NCBI GenBank assembly: GCA_964016885.1
Contig: OZ024744.1
Location: forward strand, 123,132,001 to 123,196,000
DNA from: Eledone cirrhosa
Taxonomy: Eukaryota
DNA length: 64,000 nucleotides
Direction: 5' to 3'
Below, one piece after another: positions 24,001-40,900 of this stretch (positions are counted from its first letter, which is position 1; every line of letters starts with the position of its first letter). Both the position numbers and the translations under genes were made by a program. Below the pieces are notes generated by a model. The model saw only the letters and a program-made list of their open reading frames with translations. It had not been told where the DNA came from and ran no database searches.

Positions 24001-27000
24001 TGGTACTAGGGCTAATTATAGTCAGTGTTAACAGGCACTAGTACTAAATATATTCACTGGTACTAGGGCTAAATATAGTCAATGTTAACAGGCACTGGTA
24101 CTAAAACTAGATATAGTCACTGTTAACAGACACTGGTACTAGGACTAAATATAGTTACTGTTAACAGACACTGGTACTAGTACTAACTACAGTCAGTGTT
24201 AACAGACATTGGTACTAGGACTAACTATAGTCAGTGTTAACAGATACTGGTACTAGGACTAAATATAGTCACTGTTAACAGATACTGGTACTAGGACTAA
24301 ATATAGTTACTGTTAACAGACACTGGTACTAGCACTATCTATAGTCAGTGTTACCAGACACTGGTACTAGGACTAAATATAGTCAATGTTAACAGATACT
24401 GGTACAAGGACTAACTACAGTCAGTGTTAACAGACACTGGTACTAGGACTAACTATAGTCACTGTTAAAAGACACTGGTACTAGGACTAAATATAGTCAG
24501 TGTTACCAGACACTGGTACTAGTACTAAATATAGTCACTGTTAACAGACACTGGTACTAGGACTAACTACAGTCAGTGTTAACAGACACTGGTACTAGGA
24601 CTTACTACAGTCAGTGTTAGCAGACACTGGTACTAGGGCAAAATATAGTCACTTTTAACAGACACTGGTAATAGGACTAAATATAGTCAGTGTTAACAGA
24701 CACTGGTACTAGGACTAAATATAGTCAGTGTTAACAGACACTAGTACTAAATATAGTCAGTGTTAACAGACACTGGTACTAGTACTAACTACAGTCAGTG
24801 TTAACAGACATTGGTACTAGGACTAACTATAGTCAGTGTTAACAGATACAGGTACTAGGACTATCTATAGTCACTGTTAACAGACACTGGTACTAGGACT
24901 AACTACAGTCAGGGGTTAACAGACACTGGGACTAGGACTAAATATAGTCACTGTTAACAGACACTGGTACTAGGACTAACTATAGTCAGTTTTAATAGAT
25001 ACTAGTACTAGGAATAATTACAGTCAGTGTTAACAGACACTGGTACTAGCGCTAAATATAGTCAGTGTCACAGACACTGGTACTAGGGCTAAATATAGTC
25101 AGTTAACAGGCACTGGTACTAGGACCAAATATTGTCACTGTTAACAGAAACTGGTACCTGGACTAACAACAGTCAGTGTTAACAGACACTGGTACTAGCA
25201 CTAAATATAATCACTGTTAAAAGACACTAGTACTAAATATAGTCACTGTTAACAGACACTGGTACGAGGGCGAAATATAGTCAGTGTTACAGACACTGGT
25301 ACTAGGGCTAAATATAGTCACTGTTAACAGGCACTGGTACTAGGACCAAATATTGTCACTGTTAACAGAAACTGGTACCTGGACTAACAACAGTCAGTGT
25401 TAACAGACACTGGTACTAGGATTAAATATAATCACTGTTAACAGACACTAGTACTAAATATAGTCCCTGTTAACAGACACTGGTACTAGGACTAACTATA
25501 GTCACTGTTAACAGACACTGGTACTAGGACTAACTATAGTCAGTGTTAACAGACACTGGTACTAGGACTAACTGTAGTCAGTGTTAACAGACACTGGTAC
25601 TAGGACTAACTGTAGTCAGTGTTAACAGACACTGGTACTAGGACTAACTGTAGTCAGTGTTAACAGACACTGGTACTAGGACTAACTGTAGTCAGTGTTA
25701 ACAAACACTGGTACTAGGACTAAATATAGTCAGTGTTAACAGACACTGGTACTAGGACTAACTGTAGTCAGTGTTAACAGACACTGGTACTAGGACTAAC
25801 TGTAGTCAGTGTTAACAGACACTGGTACTAGGACTAAATATAGTCAGTGTTAACAAACACTGGTACTAGGACTAAATATAGTCAGTGTTAACAGATACTG
25901 GTACTAGGAGTAACTATAGTCAGTGTTAACAGATACTGGTACTAGGACTAAATACAGTCACTATTAACAGACACTGGTACTAGGACTAAATATAGTCAGT
26001 GTTAACAGACACTGGTACTAGGACTAAATATAGTCACTGTTAACAAATATTGGTACTAGGACTAAATATAGTCACTGTTAACAGATACTGGTACTAGGAC
26101 TAAATATAGTCACTGTTAACAGATACTGGTACTAGGACTAAATATAGTCACTGTTAACAGATACTGGTACTAGGACTAAATATAGTCACTGTTAACAGAT
26201 ACTGGTACTAGGACTAACTATAGTCAGTGTTAACAGACACTGGTACTAGGACTAACTGTAGTCAGTGTTAACAGACACTGGTACTAGGACTAACTATAGT
26301 CAGTGTTAACAGACACTGGTACTAGGACTAACTGTAGTCAGTGTTAACAGACACTGGTACTAGGACTAACTGTAGTCAGTGTTAACAGACACTGGTACTA
26401 GGACTAACTATAGTCAGTGTTAACAGACACTGGTACTAGGACTAACTACAGTCACTGTTAACAGACACTGGTACTAGGACTAACTATAGTCAGTGTTAAT
26501 AGACACTGGAACTAGGACTAACTACAGTCATTGTTAACAGACACTGGTACCTGGACTAACAACAGTCAGTGTTAACAGACACTGGTATCTGGACTAACAA
26601 CAGTCAGTGTTAACAGACACTGGTACTAGCACTAAATATAATCACTGTTAAAAGACACTAGTACTAAATATAGTCACTGTTAACAGACACTGGTACTAGG
26701 ACTAAATATAGTCAGTGTTAACAGACACTGGTGCTAGGACTAACTACAGTTAGTGGTAACAGACACTGGTACTAGGACTAAATATAGTCAGTGTTAACAG
26801 ACACTGGTACTAGGGCTAAATATAGTCAGTGTTAACAGGCACTAGTACTAAATATATTCACTGGTACTAGGGCTAAATATAGTCAATGTTAACAGGCACT
26901 GGTACTAAAACTTAATATAGTCACTGTTAACAGACACTGGTACTAGGACTAAATATAGTTACTGTTAACAGACACTGGTACTAGTACTAACTACAGTCAG

Positions 27001-30000
27001 TGTTAACAGACATTGGTACTAGGACTAACTATAGTCAGTGTTAACAGATACTGGTACTAGGACTAAATATAGTCACTGTTAACAGACACTGGTACTAGGA
27101 CTAAATATAGTTACTGTTAACAGACACTGGTACTAGTACTAACTACAGTCAGTGTTAACAGACATTGGTACTAGGACTAACTATAGTCAGTGTTAACAGA
27201 TACTGGTACTAGGACTAAATATAGTCACTGTTAACAGATACTGGTACTAGGACTAAATATAGTTACTGTTAACAGACACTGGTACTAGCACTATCTATAG
27301 TCAGTGTTACCAGACACTGGTACTAGGACTAAATATAGTCAACGTTAACAGATACTGGTACAAGGACTAACTACAGTCAGTGTTAACAGACACTGGTACT
27401 AGGACTAACTATAGTCACTGTTAAAAGACACTGGTACTAGGACTAAATATAGTCAGTGTTAACAGACACTAGTACTAAATATAGTCACTGTTAACAGACA
27501 CTGGTACTAGGACTAACTACAGTCAGTGTTAACAGACACTGGTACTAGGACTAACTACAGTCAGTGTTAACAGACACTGGTACTAGGGCAAAATATAGTC
27601 ACTTTTAACAGACACTGGTAATAGGACTAAATATAGACAGTGTTAACAGACACTGGTACTAGAACTAACTGTAGTCAGTGTTAACAGACACTGGTACTAG
27701 GACTAAATATAGTCAGTGTTAACAAACACTGGTACTAGGACTAAATATAGTCAGTGTTAACAGATACTGGTACTAGTACTAACTACAGTCAGTGTTAACA
27801 GACATTGGTACTAGGACTAACTATAGTCAGTGTTAACAGATACAGGTACTAGGACTATCTATAGTCACTGTTAACAGACACTGGTACTAGAACTAAGTAT
27901 AGTCAGTGTTAACAGACACTAGTACTAGGACTAAATATAGTCATTTTTAACAGACACTGGTACTAGGACTAAATATAGTCAGTGTTAACAGATGCTGGTA
28001 CTAGGACTAAATATAGTCAGTGTTAACAGATACTATCACTAGGACTAACTATAATCACTGTTAACAGACACTGGTACTAGGACTAAATCTTCTCAGTGTT
28101 AACAGACACTGGTAATAGTACTAAATATAGTCACTGTTAACAGACACTGGTACTAGGACTAAATCTTCTCAGTGTTAACAGACACTGGTAATAGTACTAA
28201 ATATATTCACGGTTAAGAGGTAGTGGTACTAGGATTAACTACAGTCAGGGGTTAACAGACACTGGGACTAGGACTAAATATAGTGACTGTTAACAGACAC
28301 TGGTACTAGGACTAACTATATTCACTTTTAATAGATACTAGTACTAGGAATAACTACAGTCAGTGTTAACAGACACTGGTACTAGCACTAAATATAATCA
28401 CTGTTAAAAGACAATAGTACTAAATATAGTCACTGTTAACAGACACTGGTACGAGGGCGAAATATAGTCAGTGTTACAGACACTGGTACTAGGGTTAAAT
28501 ATAGTCACTGTTAACAGAAACTGGTACCTGGACTAACAACAGTCAGTGTTAACAGACACTGGTACTAGGATTAAATATAGTCACTCTTAACAGACACTGG
28601 TACTAGGACTAAATATAGTCAGTGTTAACAGACACTGGTACTAGTACTAACTACAGTCAGTGTTAACAGACATTGGTACTAGGACTAACTATAGTCAGTG
28701 TTAACAGATACTGGTACTAGGACTAAATATAGTCACTGTTAACAGACACTGGTACTAGGACTAAATATAGTTACTGTTAACAGACACTGGTACTAGCACT
28801 ATCTATAGTCAGTGTTACCAGACACTGGTACTAGGACTAAATATAGTCAATGTTAACAGATACTGGTACAAGGACTACCTACAGTCAGTGTTAACAGACA
28901 CTGGTACTAGGACTAACTATAGTCACTGTTAAAAGACACTGGTACTAGGACTAAATATAGTCAGTGTTAACAGACACTAGTACTAAATATAGTCACTGTT
29001 AACAGACACTGGTACTAGGACTAACTACAGTCAGTGTTAACAGACACTGGTACTAGGACTAACTACAGTCAGTGTTAACAGACACTGGTACTAGGGCAAA
29101 ATATAGTCACTTTTAACAGACACTGGTAATAGGACTAAATATAGTCAGTGTTAACAGACACTGGTACTAGTACTAACTACAGTCAGTGTTAACAGACATT
29201 GGTACTAGGACTAACTATAGTCAGTGTTAACAGATACAGGTACTAGGACTATCTATAGTCACTGTTAACAGACACTGGTACTAGAACTAAGTATAGTCAG
29301 TGTTAACAGACACTAGTACTAGGACTAAATATAGTCATTTTTAACAGACACTGGTACTAGGACTAAATATAGTCAGTGTTAACAGATGCTGGTACTAGGA
29401 CTAAATATAGTCAGTGTTAACAGATACTAGCACTAGGACTAACTATAATCACTGTTAACAGACACTGGTACTAGGACTAAATCTTCTCAGTGTTAACAGA
29501 CACTGGTAATAGTACTAAATATATTCACGGTTAAGAGGTAGTGGTACTAGGACTAACTACAGTCAGGGGTTAACAGACACTGGTACTAGGACTAACTATA
29601 GTCACTTTTAATAGATACTAGTACTAGGAATAACTACAGTCAGTGTTAACAGACACTGGTACTAGCGCTAAATATAGTCAGTGTTACAGACACTGGTACT
29701 AGGGCTAAATATAGTCACTGTTAACAGGCACTAGTACTAGGACCAAATATTGTCACTGTTAACAGAAACTGGTACCTGGACTAACAACAGTCAGTGTTAA
29801 CAGACACTGGTACTAGGATTAAATATAATCACTGTTAACAGACACTAGTACTAAATATAGTCAGTTAACAGACACTGGTACTAGGACTAACTATAGTCAC
29901 TGTTAACAGATACTGGTACTAGGACTAACTATAGTCACTGTTAACAGACACTGGTACTAGGACTAACTATAGTCAGTGTTAACAGACACCGGTACTAGGA

Positions 30001-33000
30001 CTAACTGTAGTCAGTGTTAACAGACACTGGTACTAGGACTAACTGTAGTCAGTGTTAACAGACACTGGTACTAGGACTAACTGTAGTCAGTGGTAACAAA
30101 CACTGGTACTAGGACTAAATATAGTCAGTGTTAACAGACACTGGTACTAGGACTAACTGTAGTCAGTGTTAACAGACACTGGTACTAGGACTAACTGTAG
30201 TCAGTGTTAACAGACACTGGTACTAGGACTAAATATAGTCAGTGTTAACAAACACTGGTACTAGGACTAAATATAGTCAGTGTTAACAGATACTGGTACT
30301 AGGAGTAACTATAGTCAGTGTTAACAGACACTGGTACTAGGACTATCTATAGTCAGTGTTAACAGACACTGGTACTAGGACTAAATATAGTCAGTGTTAA
30401 CAGACACTGGTACTAGGACTAACTGTAGTCAGTGTTAACAGATACTGGTACTAGGACTGACTATAGTCAGTGTTAACAGACACTGGTACTAGGACTAAAT
30501 ATAGTCAGTGTTAACAGACACTGGTACTAGGACTAACTATAGTCAGTGTTAACAGATACTGGTACTAGGACTAAATACAGTCACTATTAACAGACACTGG
30601 TACTAGGACTAAATATAGTCAGTGTTAACAGACACTGGTACTAGGACTAAATATAGTCACTGTTAACAGATACTGGTACTAGGACTAAATATAGTCACTG
30701 TTAACAGATACTGGTACTAGGACTAAATATAGTCACTGTTAACAGATAGTGGTACTAGGACTAAATATAGTCACTGTTAACAGATACTGGTACTAGGACT
30801 AAATATAGTCACTGTTAACAGATACTGGTACTAGGACTAACTATAGTCAGTGTTAACAGACACTGGTACTAGGACTAACTGTAGTCAGTGTTAACAGACA
30901 CTGGTACTAGGACTAACTATAGTCAGTCTTAACAGACACTGGTACTAGGACTAACTGTAGTCAGTTTTAACAGACACTGGTACTAGGACTAACTACAGTC
31001 ACTGTTAACAGACACTGGTACTAGGACTAACTATAGTCAGTGTTAATAGACACTGGTACTAGGACTAACTACAGTCATTGTTAACAGACACTGGTACCTG
31101 GACTAACAACAGTCAGTGTTAACAGACACTGGTACCTGGACTAACAACAGTCAGTGTTAACAGACACTGGTACTAGCACTAAATATAATCACTGTTAAAA
31201 GACACTAGTACTAAATATAGTCACTGTTAACAGACACTGGTACTAGGACTAAATATAGTCAGTGTTAACAGACACTGGTACTAGGACTAACTACAGTTAG
31301 TGGTAACAGACACTGGTACTAGGACTAAATATAGTCAGTGTTAACAGACACTGGTACTAGGGCTAAATATAGTCAGTGTTAACAGGCACTAGTACTAAAT
31401 ATATTCACTGGTACTAGGGCTAAATATAGTCAATGTTAACAGGCACTGGTACTAAAACTAAATATAGTCACTGTTAACAGACACTGGTACTAGGACTAAA
31501 TATAGTTACTGTTAACAGACACTGGTACTAGTACTAACTACAGTCAGTGTTAACAGACATTGGTACTAGGACTAACTATAGTCAGTGTTAACAGATACTG
31601 GTACTAGGACTAAATATAGTCACTGTTAACAGACACTGGTACTAGGACTAAATATAGTTACTGTTAACAGATACTGGTACTAGTACTAACTACAGTCAGT
31701 GTTAACAGACATTGGTACTAGGACTAACTATAGTCAGTGTTAACAGATACTGGTACTAGGACTAAATATAGTCACTGTTAACAGATACTGGTACAAGGAC
31801 TAAATATAGTTACTGTTAACAGACACTGGTACTAGCACTATCTATAGTCAGTGTTACCAGACACTGGTACTAGGACTAAATATAGTCAATGTTAACAGAT
31901 ACTGGTACAAGGACTAACTACAATCAGTGTTAACAGACACTGGTACTAGGACTAACTATAGTCACTGTTAAAAGACACTGGTACTAGGACTAAATATAGT
32001 CAGTGTTAACAGACACTAGTACTAAATATAGTCACTGTTAACAGACACTGGTACTAGGACTAACTACAGTCAGTGTTAACAGACACTGGTACTAGGACTA
32101 ACTACAGTCAGTGTTAACAGACACTGGTACTAGGGCAAAATATAGTCACTTTTAACAGACACTGGTAATAGGACTAAATATAGTCAGTGTTAACAGACAC
32201 TGGTACTAGTACTAACTACAGTCAGTGTTAACAGACATTGGTACTAGGACTAACTATAGTCAGTGTTAACAGATACAGGTACTAGGACTATCTATAGTCA
32301 CTGTTAACAGACACTGGTACTAGAACTAAGTATAGTCAGTGTTAACAGACACTAGTACTAGGACTAAATATAGTCATTTTTAACAGACACTGGTACTAGG
32401 ACTAAATATAGTCAGTGTTAACAGATGCTGGTACTAGGACTAAATATAGTCAGTGTTAACAGATACTAGCACTAGGACTAACTATAATCACTGTTAACAG
32501 ACACTGGTAATAGTACTAAATATAGTCACTGTTAACAGACACTGGTACTAGGACTAAATCTTCTCAGTGTTAACAGACACTGGTAATAGTACTAAATATA
32601 TTCACGGTTAAGAGATAGTGGTACTAGGACTAACTACAGTCAGGGGTTAACAGACACTGGGACTAGGACTAAATATAGTCACTGTTAACAAACACTGGTA
32701 CTAGGACTAACTATAGTCACTTTTAATAGATACTAGTACTAGGAATAACTACAGTCAGTGTTAACAGACACTGGTACTAGCGCTAAATATAGTCAGTGTT
32801 ACAGACACTGGTACTAGGGCTAAATATAGTCACTGCTAACAGGCACTGGTACTAGGACCAAATATTGTCACTGTTAACAGAAACTGGTACCTGGACTAAC
32901 AACAGTCAGTGTTAACAGACACTGGTACTAGCACTAAATATAATCACTGTTAAAAGACACTAGTACTAAATATATTCACTGTTAACAGACACTGATACGA

Positions 33001-36000
33001 GGGTGAAATATAGTCAGTGTTACAGACACTGGTACTAGGGCTAAATATAGTCACTGTTAACAGGCACTGGTACTAGGACCAAATGTTGTCACTGTTAACA
33101 GAAACTGGTACCTGGACTAACAACAGTCAGTGTTAACAGACACTGGTACTAGGATTAAATATAATCACTGTTAACAGACACTAGTAATAAATATAGTCAG
33201 TTAACAGACACTGGTACTAGGACTAACTATAGTCACTGTTAACAGATACTGGTACTAGGACTAACTATAGTCAGTTAACAGACACTGGTATTAGGACTAA
33301 CTATAGTCAGTGTTAACAGACACTGGTACTAGGACTAACTGTAGTCAGTGTTAACAGACACTGGTACTAGTACTAACTACAGTCAGTGTTAACAGACATT
33401 GGTACTAGGACTAACTATAGTCAGTGTTAACAGATACAGGTACTAGGACTATCTATAGTCACTGTTAACAGACACTGGTACTAGAACTAAGTATAGTCAG
33501 TGTTAACAGACACTAGTACTAGGACTAAATATAGTCATTTTTAACAGACACTGGTACTAGGACTAAATATAGTCAGTGTTAACAGACACTGGTACTAGGA
33601 CTAAATATAGTCAGTGTTAACAGATACTAGCACTAGGACTAACTATAATCACTGTTAACAGACACTGGTACTAGGACTAAATCTTCTCAGTGTTAACAGA
33701 CACTGGTAATAGTACTAAATATATTCACGGTTAAGAGGTAGTGGTACTAGGACTAACTACAGTCAGGGGTTAACAGACACTGGGACTAGGACTAAATATA
33801 GTCACTGTTAACAGACACTGGTACTAGGACTAACTATAGTCACTTTTAATAGATACTAGTACTAGGAATAACTACAGTCAGTGTTAACAGACACTGGTAC
33901 TAGCGCTAAATATAGTCAGTGTTACAGACACTGGTACTAGGGCTAAATATAGTCACTGTTAACAGGCACTGGTACTAGGACCAAATATTGTCACTGTTAA
34001 CAGAAACTGGTACCTGGATTAACAACAGTCAGTGTTAACAGACACTGGTACTAGCACTAAATATAATCACTGTTAAAAGACACTAGTACTAAATATAGTC
34101 ACTGTTAACAGACACTGGTACGAGGGCGAAATATAGTCAGTGTTACAGACACTGGTACTAGGGCTAAATATAGTCACTGTTAACAGGCACTAGTACTAGG
34201 ACCAAATATTGTCACTGTTAACAGAAACTGGTACCTGGACTAACAACAGTCAGTGTTAACAGACACTGGTACTAGGATTAAATATAATCACTGTTAACAG
34301 ACACTAGTACTAAATATAGTCAGTTAACAGACACTGGTACTAGGACTAACTATAGTCACTGTTAACAGATACTGGTACTAGGACTAACTATAGTCACTGT
34401 TAACAGACACTGGTACTAGGACTAACTATAGTCAGTGTTAACAGACACTGGTACTAGGACTAACTGTAGTCAGTGTTAACAGACACTGGTACTAGGACTA
34501 ACTGTAGTCAGTGTTAACAGACACTGGTACTAGGACTAACTGTAGTCAGTGGTAACAAACACTGGTACTAGGACTAAATATAGTCAGTGTTAACAGACAC
34601 TGGTACTAGGACTAACTGTAGTCAGTGTTAACAGACACTGGTACTAGGACTAACTGTAGTCAGTGTTAACAGACACTGGTACTAGGACTAAATATAGTCA
34701 GTGTTAACAAACACTGGTACTAGGACTAAATATAGTCAGTGTTAACAGATACTGGTACTAGGAGTAACTATAGTCAGTGTTAACAGACACTGGTACTAGG
34801 ACTATCTATAGTCAGTGTTAACAGACACTGGTACTAGGACTAAATATAGTCAGTGTTAACAGACACTGGTACTAGGACTAACTGTAGTCAGTGTTAACAG
34901 ATACTGGTACTAGGACTGACTATAGTCAGTGTTAACAGACACTGGTACTAGGACTAAATATAGTCAGTGTTAACAGACACTGGTACTAGGACTAACTATA
35001 GTCAGTGTTAACAGATACTGGTACTAGGACTAAATACAGTCACTATTAACAGACACTGGTACTAGGACTAAATATAGTCAGTGTTAACAGACACTGGTAC
35101 TAGGACTAAATATAGTCACTGTTAACAGATACTGGTACTAGGACTAAATATAGTCACTGTTAACAGATACTGGTACTAGGACTAAATATAGTCACTGTTA
35201 ACAGATAGTGGTACTAGGACTAACTACAGTCACTGTTAACAGACACTGGTACTAGGACTAACTATAGTCAGTGTTAATAGACACTGGTACTAGGACTAAC
35301 TACAGTCATTGTTAACAGACACTGGTACTAGGACTAACTATAGTCAGTGTTAACAGACACTGGTACTAGGACTAACTGTAGTCAATGTTAACAGACACTG
35401 GTACTAGGACTAACTGTAGTCAGTGTTAACAGACACTGGTACTAGGACTAACTATAGTCAGTGTTAACAGACACTGGTACTAGGACTAACTACAGTCACT
35501 GTTAACAGACACTGGTACTAGGACTAACTATAGTCAGTGTTAATAGACACTGGTACTAGGACTAACTACAGTCATTGTTAACAGACACTGGTACCTGGAC
35601 TAACAACAGTCAGTGTTAACAGACACTGGTACCTGGACTAACAACAGTCAGTGTTAACAGACACTGGTACTAGCACTAAATATAATCACTGTTAAAAGAC
35701 ACTAGTACTAAATATAGTCACTGTTAACAGACACTGGTACTAGGACTAAATATAGTCAGTGTTAACAGACACTGGTACTAGGACTAACTACAGTTAGTGG
35801 TAACAGACACTGGTACTAGGAGTAAATATAGTCAGTGTTAACAGACACTGGTACTAGGGCTAAATATAGTCAGTGTTAACAGGCACTAGTACTAAATATA
35901 TTCACTGGTACTAGGGCTAAATATAGTCAATGTTAACAGGCACTGGTACTAAAACTAAATATAGTCACTGTTAACAGACACTGGTACTAGGACTAAATAT

Positions 36001-37970
36001 AGTTACTGTTAACAGACACTGGTACTAGTACTAACTACAGTCAGTGTTAACAGACATTGGTACTAGGACTAACTATAGTCAGTGTTAACAGATACTGGTA
36101 CTAGGACTAAATATAGTCACTGTTAACAGACACTGGTACTAGGACTAAATATAGTTACTGTTAACAGATACTGGTACTAGTACTAACTACAGTCAGTGTT
36201 AACAGACATTGGTACTAGGACTAACTATAGTCAGTGTTAACAGATACTGGTACTAGGACTAAATATAGTCACTGTTAACAGATACTGGTACAAGGACTAA
36301 ATATAGTTACTGTTAACAGACACTGGTACTAGCACTATCTATAGTCAGTGTTACCAGACACTGGTACTAGGACTAAATATAGTCAATGTTAACAGATACT
36401 GGTACAAGGACTAACTACAGTCAGTGTTAACAGACACTGGTACTAGGACTAACTATAGTCACTGTTAAAAGACACTGGTACTAGGACTAAATATAGTCAG
36501 TGTTAACAGACACTAGTACTAAATATAGTCACTGTTAACAGACACTGGTACTAGGACTAACTACAGTCAGTGTTAACAGACACTGGTACTAGGACTAACT
36601 ACAGTCAGTGTTAACAGACACTGGTACTAGGGCAAAATATAGTCACTTTTAACAGACACTGGTAATAGGACTAAATATAGTCAGTGTTAACAGACACTGG
36701 TACTAGTACTAACTACAGTCAGTGTTAACAGACATTGGTACTAGGACTAACTATAGTCAGTGTTAACAGATACAGGTACTAGGACTATCTATAGTCACTG
36801 TTAACAGACACTGGTACTAGAACTAAGTATAGTCAGTGTTAACAGACACTAGTACTAGGACTAAATATAGTCATTTTTAACAGACACTGGTACTAGGACT
36901 AAATATAGTCAGTGTTAACAGATGCTGGTACTAGGACTAAATATAGTCAGTGTTAACAGATACTAGCACTAGGACTAACTATAATCACTGTTAACAGACA
37001 CTGGTACTAGGACTAAATCTTCTCAGTGTTAACAGACACTGGTAATAGTACTAAATATAGTCACTGTTAACAGACACTGGTACTAGGACTAAATCTTCTC
37101 AGTGTTAACAGACACTGGTAATAGTACTTAATATATTCACGGTTAAGAGATAGTGGTACTAGGACTAACTACAGTCAGGGGTTAACAGACACTGGGACTA
37201 GGACTAAATATAGTCACTGTTAACAAACACTGGTACTAGGACTAACTATAGTCACTTTTAATAGATACTAGTACTAGGAATAACTACAGTCAATGTTAAC
37301 AGACACTGGTACTAGCGCTAAATATAGTCAGTGTTACAGACACTGGTACTAGGGCTAAATATAGTCACTGCTAACAGGCACTGGTAATAGGACCAAATAT
37401 TGTCACTGTTAACAGAAACTGGTACCTGGACTAACAACAGTCAGTGTTAACAGACACTGGTACTAGCACTAAATATAATCACTGTTAAAAGACACTAGTA
37501 CTAAATATAGTCACTGTTAACAGACACTGGTACTAGCACTAAATATAATCACTGTTAAAAGACACTAGTACTAAATATAGTCACTGTTAACAGACACTGG
37601 TACGAGGGCGAAATATAGTCAGTGTTACAGACACTGGTACTAGGGCTAAATATAGTCACTGTTAACAGGCACTGGTACTAGGACCAAATATTGTCACTGT
37701 TAACAGAAACTGGTACCTGGACTAACAACAGTCAGTGTTAACAGACACTGGTACTAGGATTAAATATAATCACTGTTAACAGACACTAGTACTAAATATA
37801 GTCAGTTAACAGACACTGGTACTAGGACTAACTATAGTCACTGTTAACAGATACTGGTACTAGGACTAACTATAGTCAGTTAACAGACACTGGTACTAGG
37901 ACTAACTATAGTCAGTGTTAACAGACACTGGTACTAGGACTAACTGTAGTCAGTGTTAACAGACACTGGT

Positions 37971-40900
37971 ACTAGTACTAACTACAGTCAGTGTTAACAG
38001 ACATTGGTACTAGGACTAACTATAGTCAGTGTTAACAGATACAGGTACTAGGACTATCTATAGTCACTGTTAACAGACACTGGTACTAGAACTAAGTATA
38101 GTCAGTGTTAACAGACACTAGTACTAGGACTAAATATAGTCATTTTTAACAGACACTGGTACTAGGACTAAATATAGTCAGTGTTAACAGATGCTGGTAC
38201 TAGGACTAAATATAGTCAGTGTTAACAGATACTAGCACTAGGACTAACTATAATCACTGTTAACAGACACTGGTACTAGGACTAAATCTTCTCAGTGTTA
38301 ACAGACACTGGTAATAGTACTAAATATAGTCACTGTTAACAGACACTGGTACTAGGACTAAATCTTCTCAGTGTTAACAGACACTGGTAATAGTACTAAA
38401 TATATTCACGGTTAAGAGGTAGTGGTACTAGGACTAACTACAGTCAGGGGTTAACAGACACTGGGACTAGGACTAAATATAGTCACTGTTAACAGACACT
38501 GGTACTAGGACTAACTATAGTCACTTTTAATAGATACTAGTACTAGGAATAACTACAGTCAGTGTTAACAGACACTGGTACTAGCGCTAAATATAGTCAG
38601 TGTTACAGACACTGGTACTAGGGCTAAATATAGTCACTGTTAACAGGCACTGGTACTAGGACCAAATATTGTCACTGTTAACAGAAACTGGTACCTGGAC
38701 TAACAACAGTCAGTGTTAACAGACACTGGTACTAGCACTAAATATAATCACTGTTAAAAGACACTAGTACTAAATATAGTCACTGTTAACAGACACTGGT
38801 ACGAGGGCGAAATATAGTCAGTGTTACAGACACTGGTACTAGGGCTAAATATAGTCACTGTTAACAGGCACTAGTACTAGGACCAAATATTGTCACTGTT
38901 AACAGAAACTGGTACCTGGACTAACAACAGTCAGTGTTAACAGACACTGGTACTAGGATTAAATATAATCACTGTTAACAGACACTAGTACTAAATATAG
39001 TCAGTTAACAGACACTGGTACTAGGACTAACTATAGTCACTGTTAACAGATACTGGTACTAGGACTAACTATAGTCACTGTTAACAGACACTGGTACTAG
39101 GACTAACTATAGTCAGTGTTAACAGACACTGGTACTAGGACTAACTGTAGTCAGTGTTAACAGACACTGGTACTAGGACTAACTGTAGTCAGTGTTAACA
39201 GACACTGGTACTAGGACTAAATATAGTCAGTGTTAACAAACACTGGTACTAGGACTAAATATAGTCAGTGTTAACAGATACTGGTATTAGGAGTAACTAT
39301 AGTCAGTGTTAACAGACACTGGTACTAGGACTATCTATAGTCAGTGTTAACAGACACTGGTACTAGGACTAAATATAGTCAGTGTTAACAGACACTGGTA
39401 CTAGGACTAACTGTAGTCAGTGTTAACAGATACTGGTACTAGGACTGACTATAGTCAGTGGTAACAGACACTGGTACTAGGACTAAATATAGTCAGTGTT
39501 ATCAGACACTGGTACTAGGACTAACTATAGTCAGTGTTAACAGATACTGGTACTAGGACTAAATACAGTCACTATTAACAGACACTGGTACTAGGACTAA
39601 ATATAGTCAGTGTTAACAGACACTGGTACTAGGACTAAATATAGTCACTGTTAACAGATACTGGTACTAGGACTAAATATAGTCACTGTTAACAGATACT
39701 GGTACTAGGACTAAATATAGTCACTGTTAACAGATAGTGGTACTAGGACTAAATATAGTCACTGTTAACAGATACTGGTACTAGGACTAAATATAGTCAC
39801 TGTTAACAGATACTGGTACTAGGACTAACTATAGTCAGTGTTAACAGACACTGGTACTAGGACTAACTGTAGTCAGTGTTAACAGACACTGGTACTAGGA
39901 CTAACTATAGTCAGTGTTAACAGACACTGGTACTAGGACTAACTGTAGTCAGTGTTAACAGACACTGGTACTAGGACTAACTGTAGTCAGTGTTAACAGA
40001 CACTGGTACTAGGACTAACTATAGTCAGTGTTAACAGACACTGGTACTAGGACTAACTACAGTCACTGTTAACAGACACTGGTACTAGGACTAACTATAG
40101 TCAGTGTTAATAGACACTGGTACTAGGACTAACTACAGTCATTGTTAACAGACACTGGTACCTGGACTAACAACAGTCAGTGTTAACAGACACTGGTACC
40201 TGGACTAACAACAGTCAGTGTTAACAGACACTGGTACTAGCACTAAATATAATCACTGTTAAAAGACACTAGTACTAAATATAGTCACTGTTAACAGACA
40301 CTGGTACTAGGACTAAATATAGTCAGTGTTAACAGACACTGGTACTAGGACTAACTACAGTTAGTGGTAACAGACACTGGTACTAGGACTAAATATAGTC
40401 AGTGTTAACAGACACTGGTACTAGGGCTAAATATAGTCAGTGTTAACAGGCACTAGTACTAAATATATTCACTGGTACTAGGGCTAAATATAGTCAATGT
40501 TAACAGGCACTGGTACTAAAACTAAATATAGTCACTGTTAACAGACACTGGTACTAGGACTAAATATAGTTACTGTTAACAGACACTGGTACTAGTACTA
40601 ACTACAGTCAGTGTTAACAGACATTGGTACTAGGACTAACTATAGTCAGTGTTAACAGATACTGGTACTAGGACTAAATATAGTCACTGTTAACAGACAC
40701 TGGTACTAGGACTAAATATAGTTACTGTTAACAGATACTGGTACTAGTACTAACTACAGTCAGTGTTAACAGACATTGGTACTAGGACTAACTATAGTCA
40801 GTGTTAACAGATACTGGTACTAGGACTAAATATAGTCACTGTTAACAGATACTGGTACAAGGACTAAATATAGTTACTGTTAACAGACACTGGTACTAGC